From assembly GCA_002440265.1 (NCBI GenBank), contig DJSG01000031.1:1-57171 (forward strand): DNA of 57,171 nucleotides. Reading direction: 5' to 3'. How positions within the stretch are numbered: the stretch's first letter is position 1; every line of letters starts with the position of its first letter. The translations under genes and the position numbers were made by a program. The notes beneath the pieces are model-generated. The model saw only the letters and a list, made by a program, of their open reading frames with translations, was not told the DNA's origin and did not search any database. Origin of the DNA: Bacteroidales bacterium UBA6340. GTDB lineage: Bacteria; Bacteroidota; Bacteroidia; Bacteroidales; Paludibacteraceae. Below are positions 35,971 to 45,037 of the stretch, in pieces.

Positions 35971-36110
35971 TTCGTGTACCATACCTCATCGCATACGGAG
36001 ACATCCATTATGGCAATGTTGTAATTGATAACGATACTGTGATATTGTGCAACTCAATGAGTTGACAAATAATATAAACCAAATAACTAACCAAATTAAA
36101 TTTATCTATT

Positions 36111-37820
36111 ATGAAAAGATTATCTATCTTTTTCGCCGCGCTCTTAGTGAGCGTAGGTAGTATCTTTGCAGCAGAAGAGGTCTATAAGACTGCATTATTT
36201 GGCAAAGATTACAACTCAAAAGGAGTAAGTAGTTACTCCAATAGTTGGTCAAGCACAACTAATAAATTTGTTGTTGATATTGTTAACTTTAACAACAATA
36301 ACAACGGTTGGGATTATATCAAATGTGGCAGTAAAAAGAATACTTCAGTAGCAACTATTACCACAAAAGCCGCTATTGACAAAGCCATCACAAAAGTGGT
36401 TGTTACTTTGGATAACGTTACTGTTGAAAATTTGAACTCCACCACTTTGACTGTAGCATCAGATGCTGCTTTTACGCAAGATGTACAGACCATCACAGTT
36501 ACTGCTGCTACGGGCGCGCTACCGTATGTAGTAACAACCCCGACTAAGAACATGTTCTACAAACTAACCTATGATTGTAAGAAAGGTACTAGTAATGGCA
36601 TTGTACAGATTTCCAAGGTTGAGTACTATGCAAGTGCAGCCGAAATCCCTGCTACCGCCATTGCTTTGGACAAGCAGACCATCACATTGGACAAGGGTGC
36701 TACCGAGCAACTGACCGCAACACTCACTCCTGCTGATGCTACCACTGAAGTAGTATGGGCTACCGAGAATGCAGAGGTGGCTACCGTAGAGAAGGGCTTG
36801 GTTACTGCAGTGGGTGTAGGTACCACCAACATCGTGGCTACCGTTACCCCCGCAGAGGGCACTACCTACACGGCTAAGTGCGCCGTTACCGTAGTGGCTG
36901 CTCCTGACGCTCCTGTATTCACCGTTACCGACCCTGTATTCGAGGGTACGATGAACGTGGCTATCACCGCAGCAGAAGGTATGGCTATCTACTACACCAC
37001 CAATGGTGCAGAACCGACTATCGAGTCCACCAAATACGAGGCTCCTTTTGCTATCACCGCTACCACCACCGTCAAGGCTATTGCTTATGATGCTAACATC
37101 AAGAAAGCCAGTGTGGCTGCCGAGATGACTTACACCAAGGCTATGACCTGCGCCGATGCCAATGCCGCTGCTGATGGTGATGTTATCTTCTTGAACGAAG
37201 TAACCGTGGTTTATGCTGATGGTGCTAATATCTATGTGGCAGACGCTACCGGTACCACACTCGTTTTCTCGTGGGACTTTAAGGATAAGTTCAAAGCAGG
37301 TCAGGTGGTAAAAGGTATTAAGGGCACGATGGCTATCTTCAACGGACTCCCTGAGATTAAGCCGAGTGTGGATATTGCAGACCTCACCATTACCGATGGC
37401 GGCACCATTCCCGACCCTGAAGCAGTTACTGCAGTTCCGACTATGGCTGACATCAACAAGTATGTGCGTTTGGACAAGGTAACGGTATCCGCCGCCACAT
37501 GGAAAAGCAGCGATAAGGATCCTGAGCCTCGTACACTGGTCGGCAAGTTCCTTGGAGAAGATATCACGCTCTACAACACCTTCAAGATTGACCTGACTTT
37601 TGCGGCTGGAGACTACGAGGTTATCGGTTTTGTAACATGCTACTATAGCAAACCCCAAATCGCAGTAGTCAGTGCCAAACCGGCACAAAGTGTTGGCACA
37701 TCAGTAGTAATGGACGGCATCCGCGCAGATGTTGCAGTAGAGAAGATTGTCCGCAACGGTCAAGTATTTATCATCCGCGACGGCAATATCTACAACCTGA
37801 TGGGCCAAGTCGTTGAGTAA
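36111..37820 (+). CDS. cell-surface protein with Big_2 (Ig-like) and chitobiase-C/FN3-like domains and a conserved C-terminal tail
   Basis: Signal peptide MKRLSIFFAALLVSVGSIFA. Big_2-like IALDKQTITLDKGATEQLTATLTPADATTEVVWATENAEVATV. GMAIYYTTNGAEPT..STKY. Tail VRNGQVFIIRDGNIYNLMGQVVE. Confidence 0.8.
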   Translation: MKRLSIFFAALLVSVGSIFAAEEVYKTALFGKDYNSKGVSSYSNSWSSTTNKFVVDIVNFNNNNNGWDYIKCGSKKNTSVATITTKAAIDKAITKVVVTLDNVTVENLNSTTLTVASDAAFTQDVQTITVTAATGALPYVVTTPTKNMFYKLTYDCKKGTSNGIVQISKVEYYASAAEIPATAIALDKQTITLDKGATEQLTATLTPADATTEVVWATENAEVATVEKGLVTAVGVGTTNIVATVTPAEGTTYTAKCAVTVVAAPDAPVFTVTDPVFEGTMNVAITAAEGMAIYYTTNGAEPTIESTKYEAPFAITATTTVKAIAYDANIKKASVAAEMTYTKAMTCADANAAADGDVIFLNEVTVVYADGANIYVADATGTTLVFSWDFKDKFKAGQVVKGIKGTMAIFNGLPEIKPSVDIADLTITDGGTIPDPEAVTAVPTMADINKYVRLDKVTVSAATWKSSDKDPEPRTLVGKFLGEDITLYNTFKIDLTFAAGDYEVIGFVTCYYSKPQIAVVSAKPAQSVGTSVVMDGIRADVAVEKIVRNGQVFIIRDGNIYNLMGQVVE

Positions 37821-37831
37821 TCTATTATGTG

Positions 37832-37941
37832 GGGACGACGCGTTCCGCGTCGTCCCACAAACATAGTCCCCATAATTAACGACCCATTAACGGCTATTAA
37901 CGGAGAATAATTACATGGTCAATTACACGGATAATTACATG
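37832..37941. repeat. composite 3'-end element: 11-bp GC hairpin plus AATTA-rich block
   Basis: gggacgacgcg-ttc-cgcgtcgtccc (37832-37856), then cataattaacgacccattaacggctattaacgg...atggtcaattacacgg. Confidence 0.9.
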
Positions 37942-38110
37942 TTTTTCAATGTTTTATGGTCATGTATGGGCATTAGAGGAGAACTAATATGTCTCCATCT
38001 TGGAGACACCTCGCTGTGAAGCGCGGCATCCAAAGTTATTTTTTGGATAATAGTTTGAGCCCCGCAAGGGGGAGAGGCTGCCTCGTGGTTGGGGCAGTCT
38101 CTTTTTATGG

Positions 38111-39859
38111 TTAGTGGTTCTCTGCCTTTTGTCGTGCGCGGCAGATGTCGCAGGTGCCACAAGGAGGCGCATCGGTCTCACCGAAATACGCAAGCAGCAG
38201 TTGTGAGCGGCAGAACTGTTGGTTCTCTGCGTACTCCACCATGGCTTTCAGCCGCTCGGCATAGCGCAATTGGCGGTCTTCATACACGGACACGGGCAGG
38301 TGTATTTCCGTTTGCCTGTCGCGCGTAAAGGTCAGTGTATTAGCCGTTTCGCGCGGAATATAGTAGATGATATGCCGCTGTGCCAACGACACCAGTAGGG
38401 CATGAAAATCCGCATACTCCCGTTCTGTACCCGTCATGGCGGCAATCTGCGAGGCGATATGCTTGAAGTCGTGGATATATTGCAAGTCCGTGAAGATACC
38501 CGGGTAGCGGCGCATGAGCAGTTCCAGCAGCAGTTCTTGCTGCCGGCTGAGGGCATACTGCCCCATCTCTTGTCGCGAGACACGTATCTGCACACGGGGT
38601 TGTATCTCCTGCTCGGGCTGGAAATCAATGTATCCTGCCTGCGAGAGCAGGTTGAGTGCCGACCATGTAGGCAGCATAGGAAGGTGCATGACACGGCACA
38701 AGTCACTCATATTCGGGAAGAATGTATGTCCCTGCCCGCTGCCGGCACCTACACAGAGGAAGTCGCAGGTCTTCTGATACACGTCTTCCACAAAGGCTTT
38801 TGGCGGATAGTTGTCGCCTATACGTTTGCGGGCTTTGGTCTTGTCGGACACGTCATAAAGCAAGACGGCATAGGCAGGCTTCTCGTCACGCCCCGCGCGC
38901 CCTGCCTCTTGGAAGTACGCCTCGATGGTGTCGGGCAGGTCGTGGTGAATGACCATACGCACATCGGGTTTGTCAATGCCCATGCCGAAGGCGTTGGTAC
39001 ATACCATAATACGGACGGTACCCGACTTCCAAGCGTTCTGCTTGGCGGTGCGTTCTGCAGAGGTCAGCCCTGCATGGTAGTAGTCCGCAGACAATCCATG
39101 CTCTATCAGATATTCGGCTAACTCTTTGGCACGCTGCCGGTTGCGCACATAGACAATGGCGGAACCCTGCACTTTGCTGAGGATATGCACTATCTCGTCC
39201 GCCTTTTTGTTGGTATAGCGCACTACGTAACTGAGGTTGGCACGGGCAAAACTCTTCTTGAGTACATGGTGTTCGGAGAAAGACAGTTTCTCTTGTATAT
39301 CGTCCACCACCTCGGGTGTGGCGGTGGCAGTCAGGGCAAGGACAGGCACACGCTTCTCGTCTTGATACGGGCGGACGAGGTCCCGTATCTCGGCTATGCG
39401 CAGATAAGAGGGGCGGAAGTCATAGCCCCACTGTGAGATACAGTGTGCCTCATCCACGGCTATCAGGCAGATAGGCAGACGGGGCAACCGCTCACGGAAC
39501 TCCTCTGAACCCAGTCGCTCGGGAGATACATACAGGAAATGATAGGGTCCGAACTGGCAGTTGTCCAAGGCAATCTTCTGCTGCTCGGCACTCATGCCCG
39601 TGTAGATGGCGGTAGCACGTATGTCCCGTTGGTAGAGGTTCTCCACCTGGTCTTTCATGAGAGCGATGAGCGGCGTCACCACCAGGCATAGCCCGTCCAT
39701 CACCATCGTAGGTACTTGAAAGCAGAGACTCTTGCCACCGCCTGTAGGCATGAGTGCCAGCGTGTCACGACCGTCAAGTACAGATTGAATAATTTCCGCC
39801 TGTAAGGGGCGGAAATTATCGTAGTGCCAATATGTTTTCAGTACCTCTTGCGGGGTCAT
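38111..39859 (-). CDS. recQ: RecQ family ATP-dependent DNA helicase
   Basis: A start at the internal ATG (39859) gives MTPQEVLKTYWHYDNFRPLQAEII. Motifs PTGGGKS and DEAH (VDEAHCISQWG). C-terminal Zn motif CGTCDIC. Confidence 0.9.
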   Translation of the reverse strand: MTPQEVLKTYWHYDNFRPLQAEIIQSVLDGRDTLALMPTGGGKSLCFQVPTMVMDGLCLVVTPLIALMKDQVENLYQRDIRATAIYTGMSAEQQKIALDNCQFGPYHFLYVSPERLGSEEFRERLPRLPICLIAVDEAHCISQWGYDFRPSYLRIAEIRDLVRPYQDEKRVPVLALTATATPEVVDDIQEKLSFSEHHVLKKSFARANLSYVVRYTNKKADEIVHILSKVQGSAIVYVRNRQRAKELAEYLIEHGLSADYYHAGLTSAERTAKQNAWKSGTVRIMVCTNAFGMGIDKPDVRMVIHHDLPDTIEAYFQEAGRAGRDEKPAYAVLLYDVSDKTKARKRIGDNYPPKAFVEDVYQKTCDFLCVGAGSGQGHTFFPNMSDLCRVMHLPMLPTWSALNLLSQAGYIDFQPEQEIQPRVQIRVSRQEMGQYALSRQQELLLELLMRRYPGIFTDLQYIHDFKHIASQIAAMTGTEREYADFHALLVSLAQRHIIYYIPRETANTLTFTRDRQTEIHLPVSVYEDRQLRYAERLKAMVEYAENQQFCRSQLLLAYFGETDAPPCGTCDICRARQKAENH

Positions 39860-39867
39860 TGATGGCT

Positions 39868-41394
39868 TTACTTTATTTTCTCCAAGGCTGTGCGTACGCG
39901 GCGGAGTGTCTCTTCTTTGCCGAGGATGTCGGTGATTGCCCAGATATGCGGACCGCGGGCAGCACCTACCAGGCAGATACGGAAGGCATTCATCACGATA
40001 CCTACGCCGTACTCTTTCTCTGCAATCCACGGCATGACAAGGGCATCCAATGCCTCTGCCGACCAGTCCTTCTGCGGCTCCAACAGAGCCAGCAACTCTT
40101 GCATGTGGCGGGGGCTGTCCTCTTTCCAGCGTTTTTTGAGCGACTTCTCGTCATATTCTGTGGGGGCTACGAAGAAGAAATTGGTCTGCTCCCAGAGTTC
40201 GGGTACGAAGTTCACGCGGTCTTTGGTCAGTCCGATGACTTTGGCTACGACAGCCTTGTCGGCGGTTATCCCATGTTGTGCCAGCACGGGCATGAAGAGG
40301 TCTGCCAACTCGTCGTTGCTCTTCAGTTGCAGGTATTGGTGGTTGAACCATTTGGCTTTCTCAAAGTCGAACTTGGCACCCGCCTTGCTCACACGCTCAA
40401 GCGAGAACTGCTGTATCAGTTCGTCCATCGTGTACATCTCCTGGTCGCCCGTGTTGTGCCAACCGAGCAGAGCGAGGAAGTTGATAACCGCCTCAGGGAA
40501 ATATCCGCTCTCGCGATAACCCGATGAGACGGTGCCGTCCTTGGGGTTGTGGAACTCAAGCGGGAAGACGGGAAAGCCGAGACGGTCGCCGTCGCGTTTG
40601 CTCAGTTTGCCGTTGCCATCGGGCTTGAGCAGCAGAGGCAGGTGGGCAAACTCGGGCATTGTGTCCGCCCAACCGAACGCACGGTAGAGCAGTACATGGA
40701 GCGGTGCAGAGGGCAACCACTCCTCACCACGGATGACGTGGGTGATTTCCATCAGGTGGTCGTCCACAATGTTTGCCAAGTGGTAGGTGGGCAGGTCGTC
40801 AGCCGACTTGTACAGTACTTTGTCGTCCAAGATGTTGGAGTTGATAACCACCTCGCCACGGATAAGGTCATGCACGTGTACATCCTCGTTAGGCTCCACC
40901 AGAAAACGCACCACATACTTGTCGCCACGGGCGATACGTGCTTCCACTTCCTCTTTGGGCAGCGTGAGCGAATTGACCATCTGCCCGCGCGTGCGCGCAT
41001 CGTATTGGAAATTAGGTATCTCCGCACGCTTTGCCTCCAACTCTTCGGGGGTGTCGAAGGCGATATACGCATGTCCCGAGTCGAGCAGTTGCTTCACATA
41101 TTGGTGATAAATCTCGCGGCGTTCGCTCTGGCGATACGGTCCGTGAGGTCCTTTGCCGTTGGGGGCGTCTTTGCAGATACCCTCGTCGATGTTGATACCC
41201 AGCCAGTCAAGGGCTTCGATGATATACTCTTCGGCTCCCGGGACAAAGCGGGTGGAGTCGGTATCCTCAATACGCAGCAGCATGTCGCCGCCGTGCTGAC
41301 GGGCAAAGAGGTAGTTGTACAAAGCGGTACGCACACCGCCGATATGCAAGGCTCCCGTAGGTGACGGAGCAAAACGAACACGAACTTTCTTCAT
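39868..41394 (-). CDS. gltX: glutamate--tRNA ligase
   Basis: A start at the internal ATG (41394) gives [20 protein letters not shown] (HIGH motif). KLSKR (KMSKS-type) motif. Confidence 0.95.
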   Translation of the reverse strand: MKKVRVRFAPSPTGALHIGGVRTALYNYLFARQHGGDMLLRIEDTDSTRFVPGAEEYIIEALDWLGINIDEGICKDAPNGKGPHGPYRQSERREIYHQYVKQLLDSGHAYIAFDTPEELEAKRAEIPNFQYDARTRGQMVNSLTLPKEEVEARIARGDKYVVRFLVEPNEDVHVHDLIRGEVVINSNILDDKVLYKSADDLPTYHLANIVDDHLMEITHVIRGEEWLPSAPLHVLLYRAFGWADTMPEFAHLPLLLKPDGNGKLSKRDGDRLGFPVFPLEFHNPKDGTVSSGYRESGYFPEAVINFLALLGWHNTGDQEMYTMDELIQQFSLERVSKAGAKFDFEKAKWFNHQYLQLKSNDELADLFMPVLAQHGITADKAVVAKVIGLTKDRVNFVPELWEQTNFFFVAPTEYDEKSLKKRWKEDSPRHMQELLALLEPQKDWSAEALDALVMPWIAEKEYGVGIVMNAFRICLVGAARGPHIWAITDILGKEETLRRVRTALEKIK

Positions 41395-41420
41395 ACGTTG
41401 ACAATAAACTTTTTTCGCTG

Positions 41421-41428
41421 CAAATATA
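41421..41428 (-). promoter_or_regulatory. -7 box TAtaTTTG (gltX promoter)
   Basis: The minus strand reads gtagtatatttgcagcg, 27 nt upstream of the ATG. Confidence 0.5.
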
Positions 41429-41606
41429 CTACAATTGCAGCACATACACAAACGAAAACAAAAGATTGTGGGGACGTGCTGCTAAAAAAGAACGGACGGC
41501 AACGCCGTATTACCGCATATTAGCCATAAATTCATTTACGATGTACGATTGAGTTCGGCGAAGCCGATTACGACGCGAGCCGCATTGTTCCCGCAAAAGC
41601 ATCGTC

Positions 41607-41647
41607 CACAAAAACAAAAAAGGTGCTGCCTGATGTCAGACAGCACC
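41607..41647 (-). terminator. terminator
   Basis: Stem ggtgctg/cagcacc, followed on the minus strand by ttttttgtttttgtg. Confidence 0.6.
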
Positions 41648-41690
41648 CGACCTGCCGAATAAAAGCAGGTTTATATGGCAAAAAGACGCC

Positions 41691-41831
41691 TTACTTCGAT
41701 TGGTCGGAAGTAGTGTTTTGCTGAGCCTCTTCACGTTTTTCGCGACGCTCCTTGATAGCACTGATGATGAAAAACGGGGCTACAAACACAACCAAAAAGA
41801 TAACGGTCAGAAGAACCATTGAAGTATCCAT
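41691..41831 (-). CDS. 46-aa putative small membrane protein
   Basis: Hand-translated MDTSMVLLTVIFLVVFVAPFFIISAIKERREKREEAQQNTTSDQSK: one TM helix and a charged tail, with a terminator downstream. It falls below the ORF-track size cutoff. Confidence 0.35.
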   Translation of the reverse strand: MDTSMVLLTVIFLVVFVAPFFIISAIKERREKREEAQQNTTSDQSK

Positions 41832-41948
41832 AGTATATTAATAGTTTATGAGTTAATAATCGTATTATCAAGCCACCCACTCCGTACGGAGCGAGAAGCC
41901 TACTATTATGACAACGCACGATGCGTCATCTCAATGCCTCATAGATTA

Positions 41949-42413
41949 TTACCAGAAACTATGGAAAGGATACGGGATTTGTTCAGGCGGTAGGTTTAAT
42001 GGCAACACCCTTGTCAGGGCGATGTTAGCGTTGAGCAGGTGTGCGGTGGCTGCCGCCAGTTGCTGCTGCACAGCAGGATGAGCGATAGCCTGCGCATTAG
42101 AGAATGCGGCACGCCTCGAATACTCCACCCTGCGCATTCGTGCGGCACTCTCGAAACTATTGGTGCCTGTGGAACGATAGGTGATGATGGCATCCGAGAG
42201 GTCGTGTTGCGCCTTGATAATCGCCACGCGGTCGCTTGGGTGCAATGCATTGAGTTCACCTCCTATGGTGACAGACGGTTCACTATTTCCGCTCTTTGAC
42301 GACGCGAGACACGTCGTCCCCAAAGACATACCTATAGACAACAACAATAAGCCGATACACAACAGTATGCTGTTGCGTAAGAGACTGCTATGTGTGTTGC
42401 AACGTGTAGTCAT
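41949..42413 (-). CDS. hypothetical secreted/lipoprotein
   Basis: An internal ATG at 42413, 4 nt after the NUDIX stop, gives MTTRCNTHSSLLRNSILLCIGLLLLSIGMSLG. No recognisable domain. Confidence 0.5.
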   Translation of the reverse strand: MTTRCNTHSSLLRNSILLCIGLLLLSIGMSLGTTCLASSKSGNSEPSVTIGGELNALHPSDRVAIIKAQHDLSDAIITYRSTGTNSFESAARMRRVEYSRRAAFSNAQAIAHPAVQQQLAAATAHLLNANIALTRVLPLNLPPEQIPYPFHSFW

Positions 42414-42417
42414 GAGA

Positions 42418-42978
42418 TTAAAGCGGGTTTTCGGCGAAATACTTCCACAGGGGTGCGGCGTGAAGGGCTTGTACGATGCCGCCTTCACGGAGGAGTTGCA
42501 GGACATCTTCACGGGACATGACATGGACGTGAATGTCCTCGGTGCGCTCCTGATGCTGCTCGGAGAGTTTCTCCACACCCGTTGCCAAGAAGGTATAACT
42601 GAGATTGTTGTGGTTCGTAGGGTTGGGAGAGAGGGTCATAAAGAGTTGCCACTCGCCTCCGCCAAAGCCTGTCTCCTCGGATAGTTCGCGCTGGGCAGCG
42701 TGGAGAGGCGTCTCACCCGCGTCAATGACCCCTGCCACCAACTCGTAGTTGGTCTGTCCGAGTCCGTGGCGGTACTGGTCTTCCATGACAAATTGTCCGT
42801 CACGGGTGATGGCAATCACGTTTATCCAGTCGGGGAACTCAAGCACAAACCACGTGGGAATCTGCACTCCCGATGGCAGTTGCACCGTCTCCTGACGGAC
42901 ATTCAGCCACGGACCAAGACTAAGAATGTGCTTGCTCTCAAGCACTTTCCACTTTCTATTCTCCAATTTCTCTATCAT
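42418..42978 (-). CDS. NUDIX hydrolase
   Basis: Nudix box GVIDAGETPLHAAQRELSEETG. Confidence 0.85.
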   Translation of the reverse strand: MIEKLENRKWKVLESKHILSLGPWLNVRQETVQLPSGVQIPTWFVLEFPDWINVIAITRDGQFVMEDQYRHGLGQTNYELVAGVIDAGETPLHAAQRELSEETGFGGGEWQLFMTLSPNPTNHNNLSYTFLATGVEKLSEQHQERTEDIHVHVMSREDVLQLLREGGIVQALHAAPLWKYFAENPL

Positions 42979-44269
42979 AAACCACTTTCCATTTGGCAGT
43001 CAGATACACTACGCGTGCGACGAGGTGTGCGAAGTAGCCCACATAGATAGCGTGCACCTCCAGCCAACAGTACGTGGCAGCATAACCGACTACAAAACCA
43101 ATTGCCGCAAAAATCATGCCATTCCGTATCTCTTTTCCCGCCGTGGCACCCGTATAGACTCCGTCCCACATAAACGCCAGTGCGCTGACGACGGGCATGG
43201 CTATCAGCCAAGGTGTAAACGACTGAATAGCAGTCAGTACGTCCACATCGGAGGTCATCAGGCGATACATCGGGTTTGCCCTGATAGCAAACAGGACAGT
43301 TGCCGCTATGCCGAGCCCTACGGACCACAGGAACAGCACCCGTACTACACGCGGGACTTGGCCGTGCTGCTCTTCGTTGCCGATAAACCGCCCGACTAAA
43401 GCCTCTCCCGCATAAGCGAAACCGTCGATAAAATAGGAGAAGAGCATGAACAACTTCATCATGATGCTGCTGACCGCCAACTCGGTGTCGCCGTAGAAGG
43501 ACGCCAATGACGTGAAGCCGACATAGACCACCATGAAGCAGAGTGAGCGGATGAAGAGGTTGCCATTGAGTGCCATCAGGCGTTTCATACCCTGACCGTC
43601 GCGGGCTAACCGCCGGAGAGACAGCCCGTTCCATACTTTGCGGTACTTCATCAGCACGATGACTGCCGCCAAGAGCAAGCCTGTGTATTGGGCGATGAGC
43701 GTGCCGTGTGCCACACCGATTGCGCCAAGGGGCGAATAGACCGCCAATGTGTAACTGGCAACGATATTGACTACGTTGACCACGATGTCGGTAGCCATAG
43801 GGCTGACCGTGTCCTGCATGCCGATAAACCAGCCTTTGAGCGCCATAAGGCTGAGGGTGGCAGGTGCTGCCCATACGCGGACGAAGAAGTATCGTCGGGC
43901 AAAGTCTGCGACCTCGGCAGAGCATGGGACGCAGGCTAATACGGCAGTCACGAACAGCCATTGCAGCAACCATATCACGGCAGCACCGATTAGGGCTATG
44001 CCGATGCTCTGGCTCAACAGGCGTGCGCACTCTACCCTGTCGCCGCGCCCGTATGCCTGTGCGGTCATGCCACTGGTACCCACGCGCAGGAAGCCGAAGT
44101 TCCAATAGAGAAGGTCGAAGAGCATCGTGCCGATGGCTATGCCACCGATGGCATGGGCATCGGAGATGTGCCCCACGATGGCAGTGTCCACCAGCCCTAC
44201 CAGCGGGATGGTGATGTTAGCCAAGATGCTTGGCACAGCCAGTCGCAATACCTCTCTGTTGGTGTTCAT
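42956..44269 (-). CDS. MATE family efflux transporter
   Basis: 437 aa, about 12 TM segments. N-terminus REVLRLAVPSILANITIPLVGLVDTAIVGH is typical of MATE proteins. Confidence 0.9.
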   Translation of the reverse strand: MNTNREVLRLAVPSILANITIPLVGLVDTAIVGHISDAHAIGGIAIGTMLFDLLYWNFGFLRVGTSGMTAQAYGRGDRVECARLLSQSIGIALIGAAVIWLLQWLFVTAVLACVPCSAEVADFARRYFFVRVWAAPATLSLMALKGWFIGMQDTVSPMATDIVVNVVNIVASYTLAVYSPLGAIGVAHGTLIAQYTGLLLAAVIVLMKYRKVWNGLSLRRLARDGQGMKRLMALNGNLFIRSLCFMVVYVGFTSLASFYGDTELAVSSIMMKLFMLFSYFIDGFAYAGEALVGRFIGNEEQHGQVPRVVRVLFLWSVGLGIAATVLFAIRANPMYRLMTSDVDVLTAIQSFTPWLIAMPVVSALAFMWDGVYTGATAGKEIRNGMIFAAIGFVVGYAATYCWLEVHAIYVGYFAHLVARVVYLTAKWKVVYDREIGE

Positions 44270-44306
44270 CTGTCTGCTGTGTTGTTTGCCTGCGCCTGTG
44301 TGCGCT

Positions 44307-44957
44307 TCAGTGGCAAAACATCATACCTATATATATACGCGGTCCGTGCGGGGCAAGGAGTCCTGTGCGCTGTATGGGCAGGACATAGTCGGCGCGGAGT
44401 GTCAGGTGCATGTGCGCGGAGACGGCTACCTCTATGCCGATAAAGGGGTCGAGCATGAAATAGGTCTGGCGGTGGAACAGTGCGCGGGGCTCCTCCTGCC
44501 AGTCCGTTTGCGAGCCCTCGGCGATATAGAGTGCGCGCTGCGCCCCTCCGCCGACGGTGGCGCCGAGGAAAGGAAAGACCTTGCCGCACTGCCAATAGGC
44601 GTCTGCCAATATACCCCCCCAACCATTGCGGACATAACTGCCGGGTTGCAGGTATCCGGACTGGCGGGACATCCATACAGGCAGTGTAGAAACGTAGCCT
44701 TCGCCACCGAGGCGCAGGTGGTCGAACAGATGCACCCGTGCTGCGCCACCGATGCCCATGGTACCACCGTTCATCGTCATAGGAGCCTCACTGTTGTTGC
44801 CATAGAGGTAGCCGAGATGCACCATCATGCCGCCCGAGAAGCCCCGATAGACCTCCGCAGTACAATGAGATGCAAACAAAACAATGCATAGTGCGAACAA
44901 CATAATGCGCAATGCACAATGAGAAATGCGCAACGAAAAGCATGTACCGACTGTCAT
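44307..44957 (-). CDS. hypothetical exported/outer-membrane protein
   Basis: Gly/aromatic-rich beta-strand-like sequence with a hydrophobic N-terminus. An alternative start at 44903 would give MLFALCIVLFASHCTA. The 5' end overlaps a heptamer array. Confidence 0.5.
   Translation of the reverse strand: MTVGTCFSLRISHCALRIMLFALCIVLFASHCTAEVYRGFSGGMMVHLGYLYGNNSEAPMTMNGGTMGIGGAARVHLFDHLRLGGEGYVSTLPVWMSRQSGYLQPGSYVRNGWGGILADAYWQCGKVFPFLGATVGGGAQRALYIAEGSQTDWQEEPRALFHRQTYFMLDPFIGIEVAVSAHMHLTLRADYVLPIQRTGLLAPHGPRIYIGMMFCH
44883..44938. repeat. AATGCNN-type heptamer array (8 units) inside the 5' end of the preceding CDS
   Basis: aatgcat agtgcga acaacat aatgcgc aatgcac aatgaga aatgcgc aacgaaa. Confidence 0.8.
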
Positions 44958-45023
44958 TTGCGATTGGAGGATAAAAGAGACATTATTGGTAATACTTTAC
45001 CAACAAAAACACAGAATCTGTTG

Positions 45024-45031
45024 TATCTTTG
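45024..45031 (+). promoter_or_regulatory. orphan -7 box TAtcTTTG with an extended consensus match
   Basis: ttgtatctttgcaccg compared with the local consensus gtacctttgcacc. No CDS lies downstream on this strand. Confidence 0.45.
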
Positions 45032-45037
45032 CACCGT

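Noticed and set aside
36564-37688. 374-aa minus-strand ORF
   Set aside because: It is antisense to the Big_2 surface-protein gene, which has a signal peptide and recognisable domains. The antisense product is Ser/Gly/Cys-rich and featureless.
39860-40030. N-terminal extensions of ORF-track models: recQ to 40030, gltX to 41451, the phosphatase to 31863, the lipid kinase to 46139, mltG to 19028, and the nuclease to 47135
   Set aside because: The extensions overlap upstream genes or promoters. They use TTG or GTG starts, or precede the conserved N-termini (MTPQEVL.., [14 protein letters not shown].., signal peptides). Internal starts were chosen instead.
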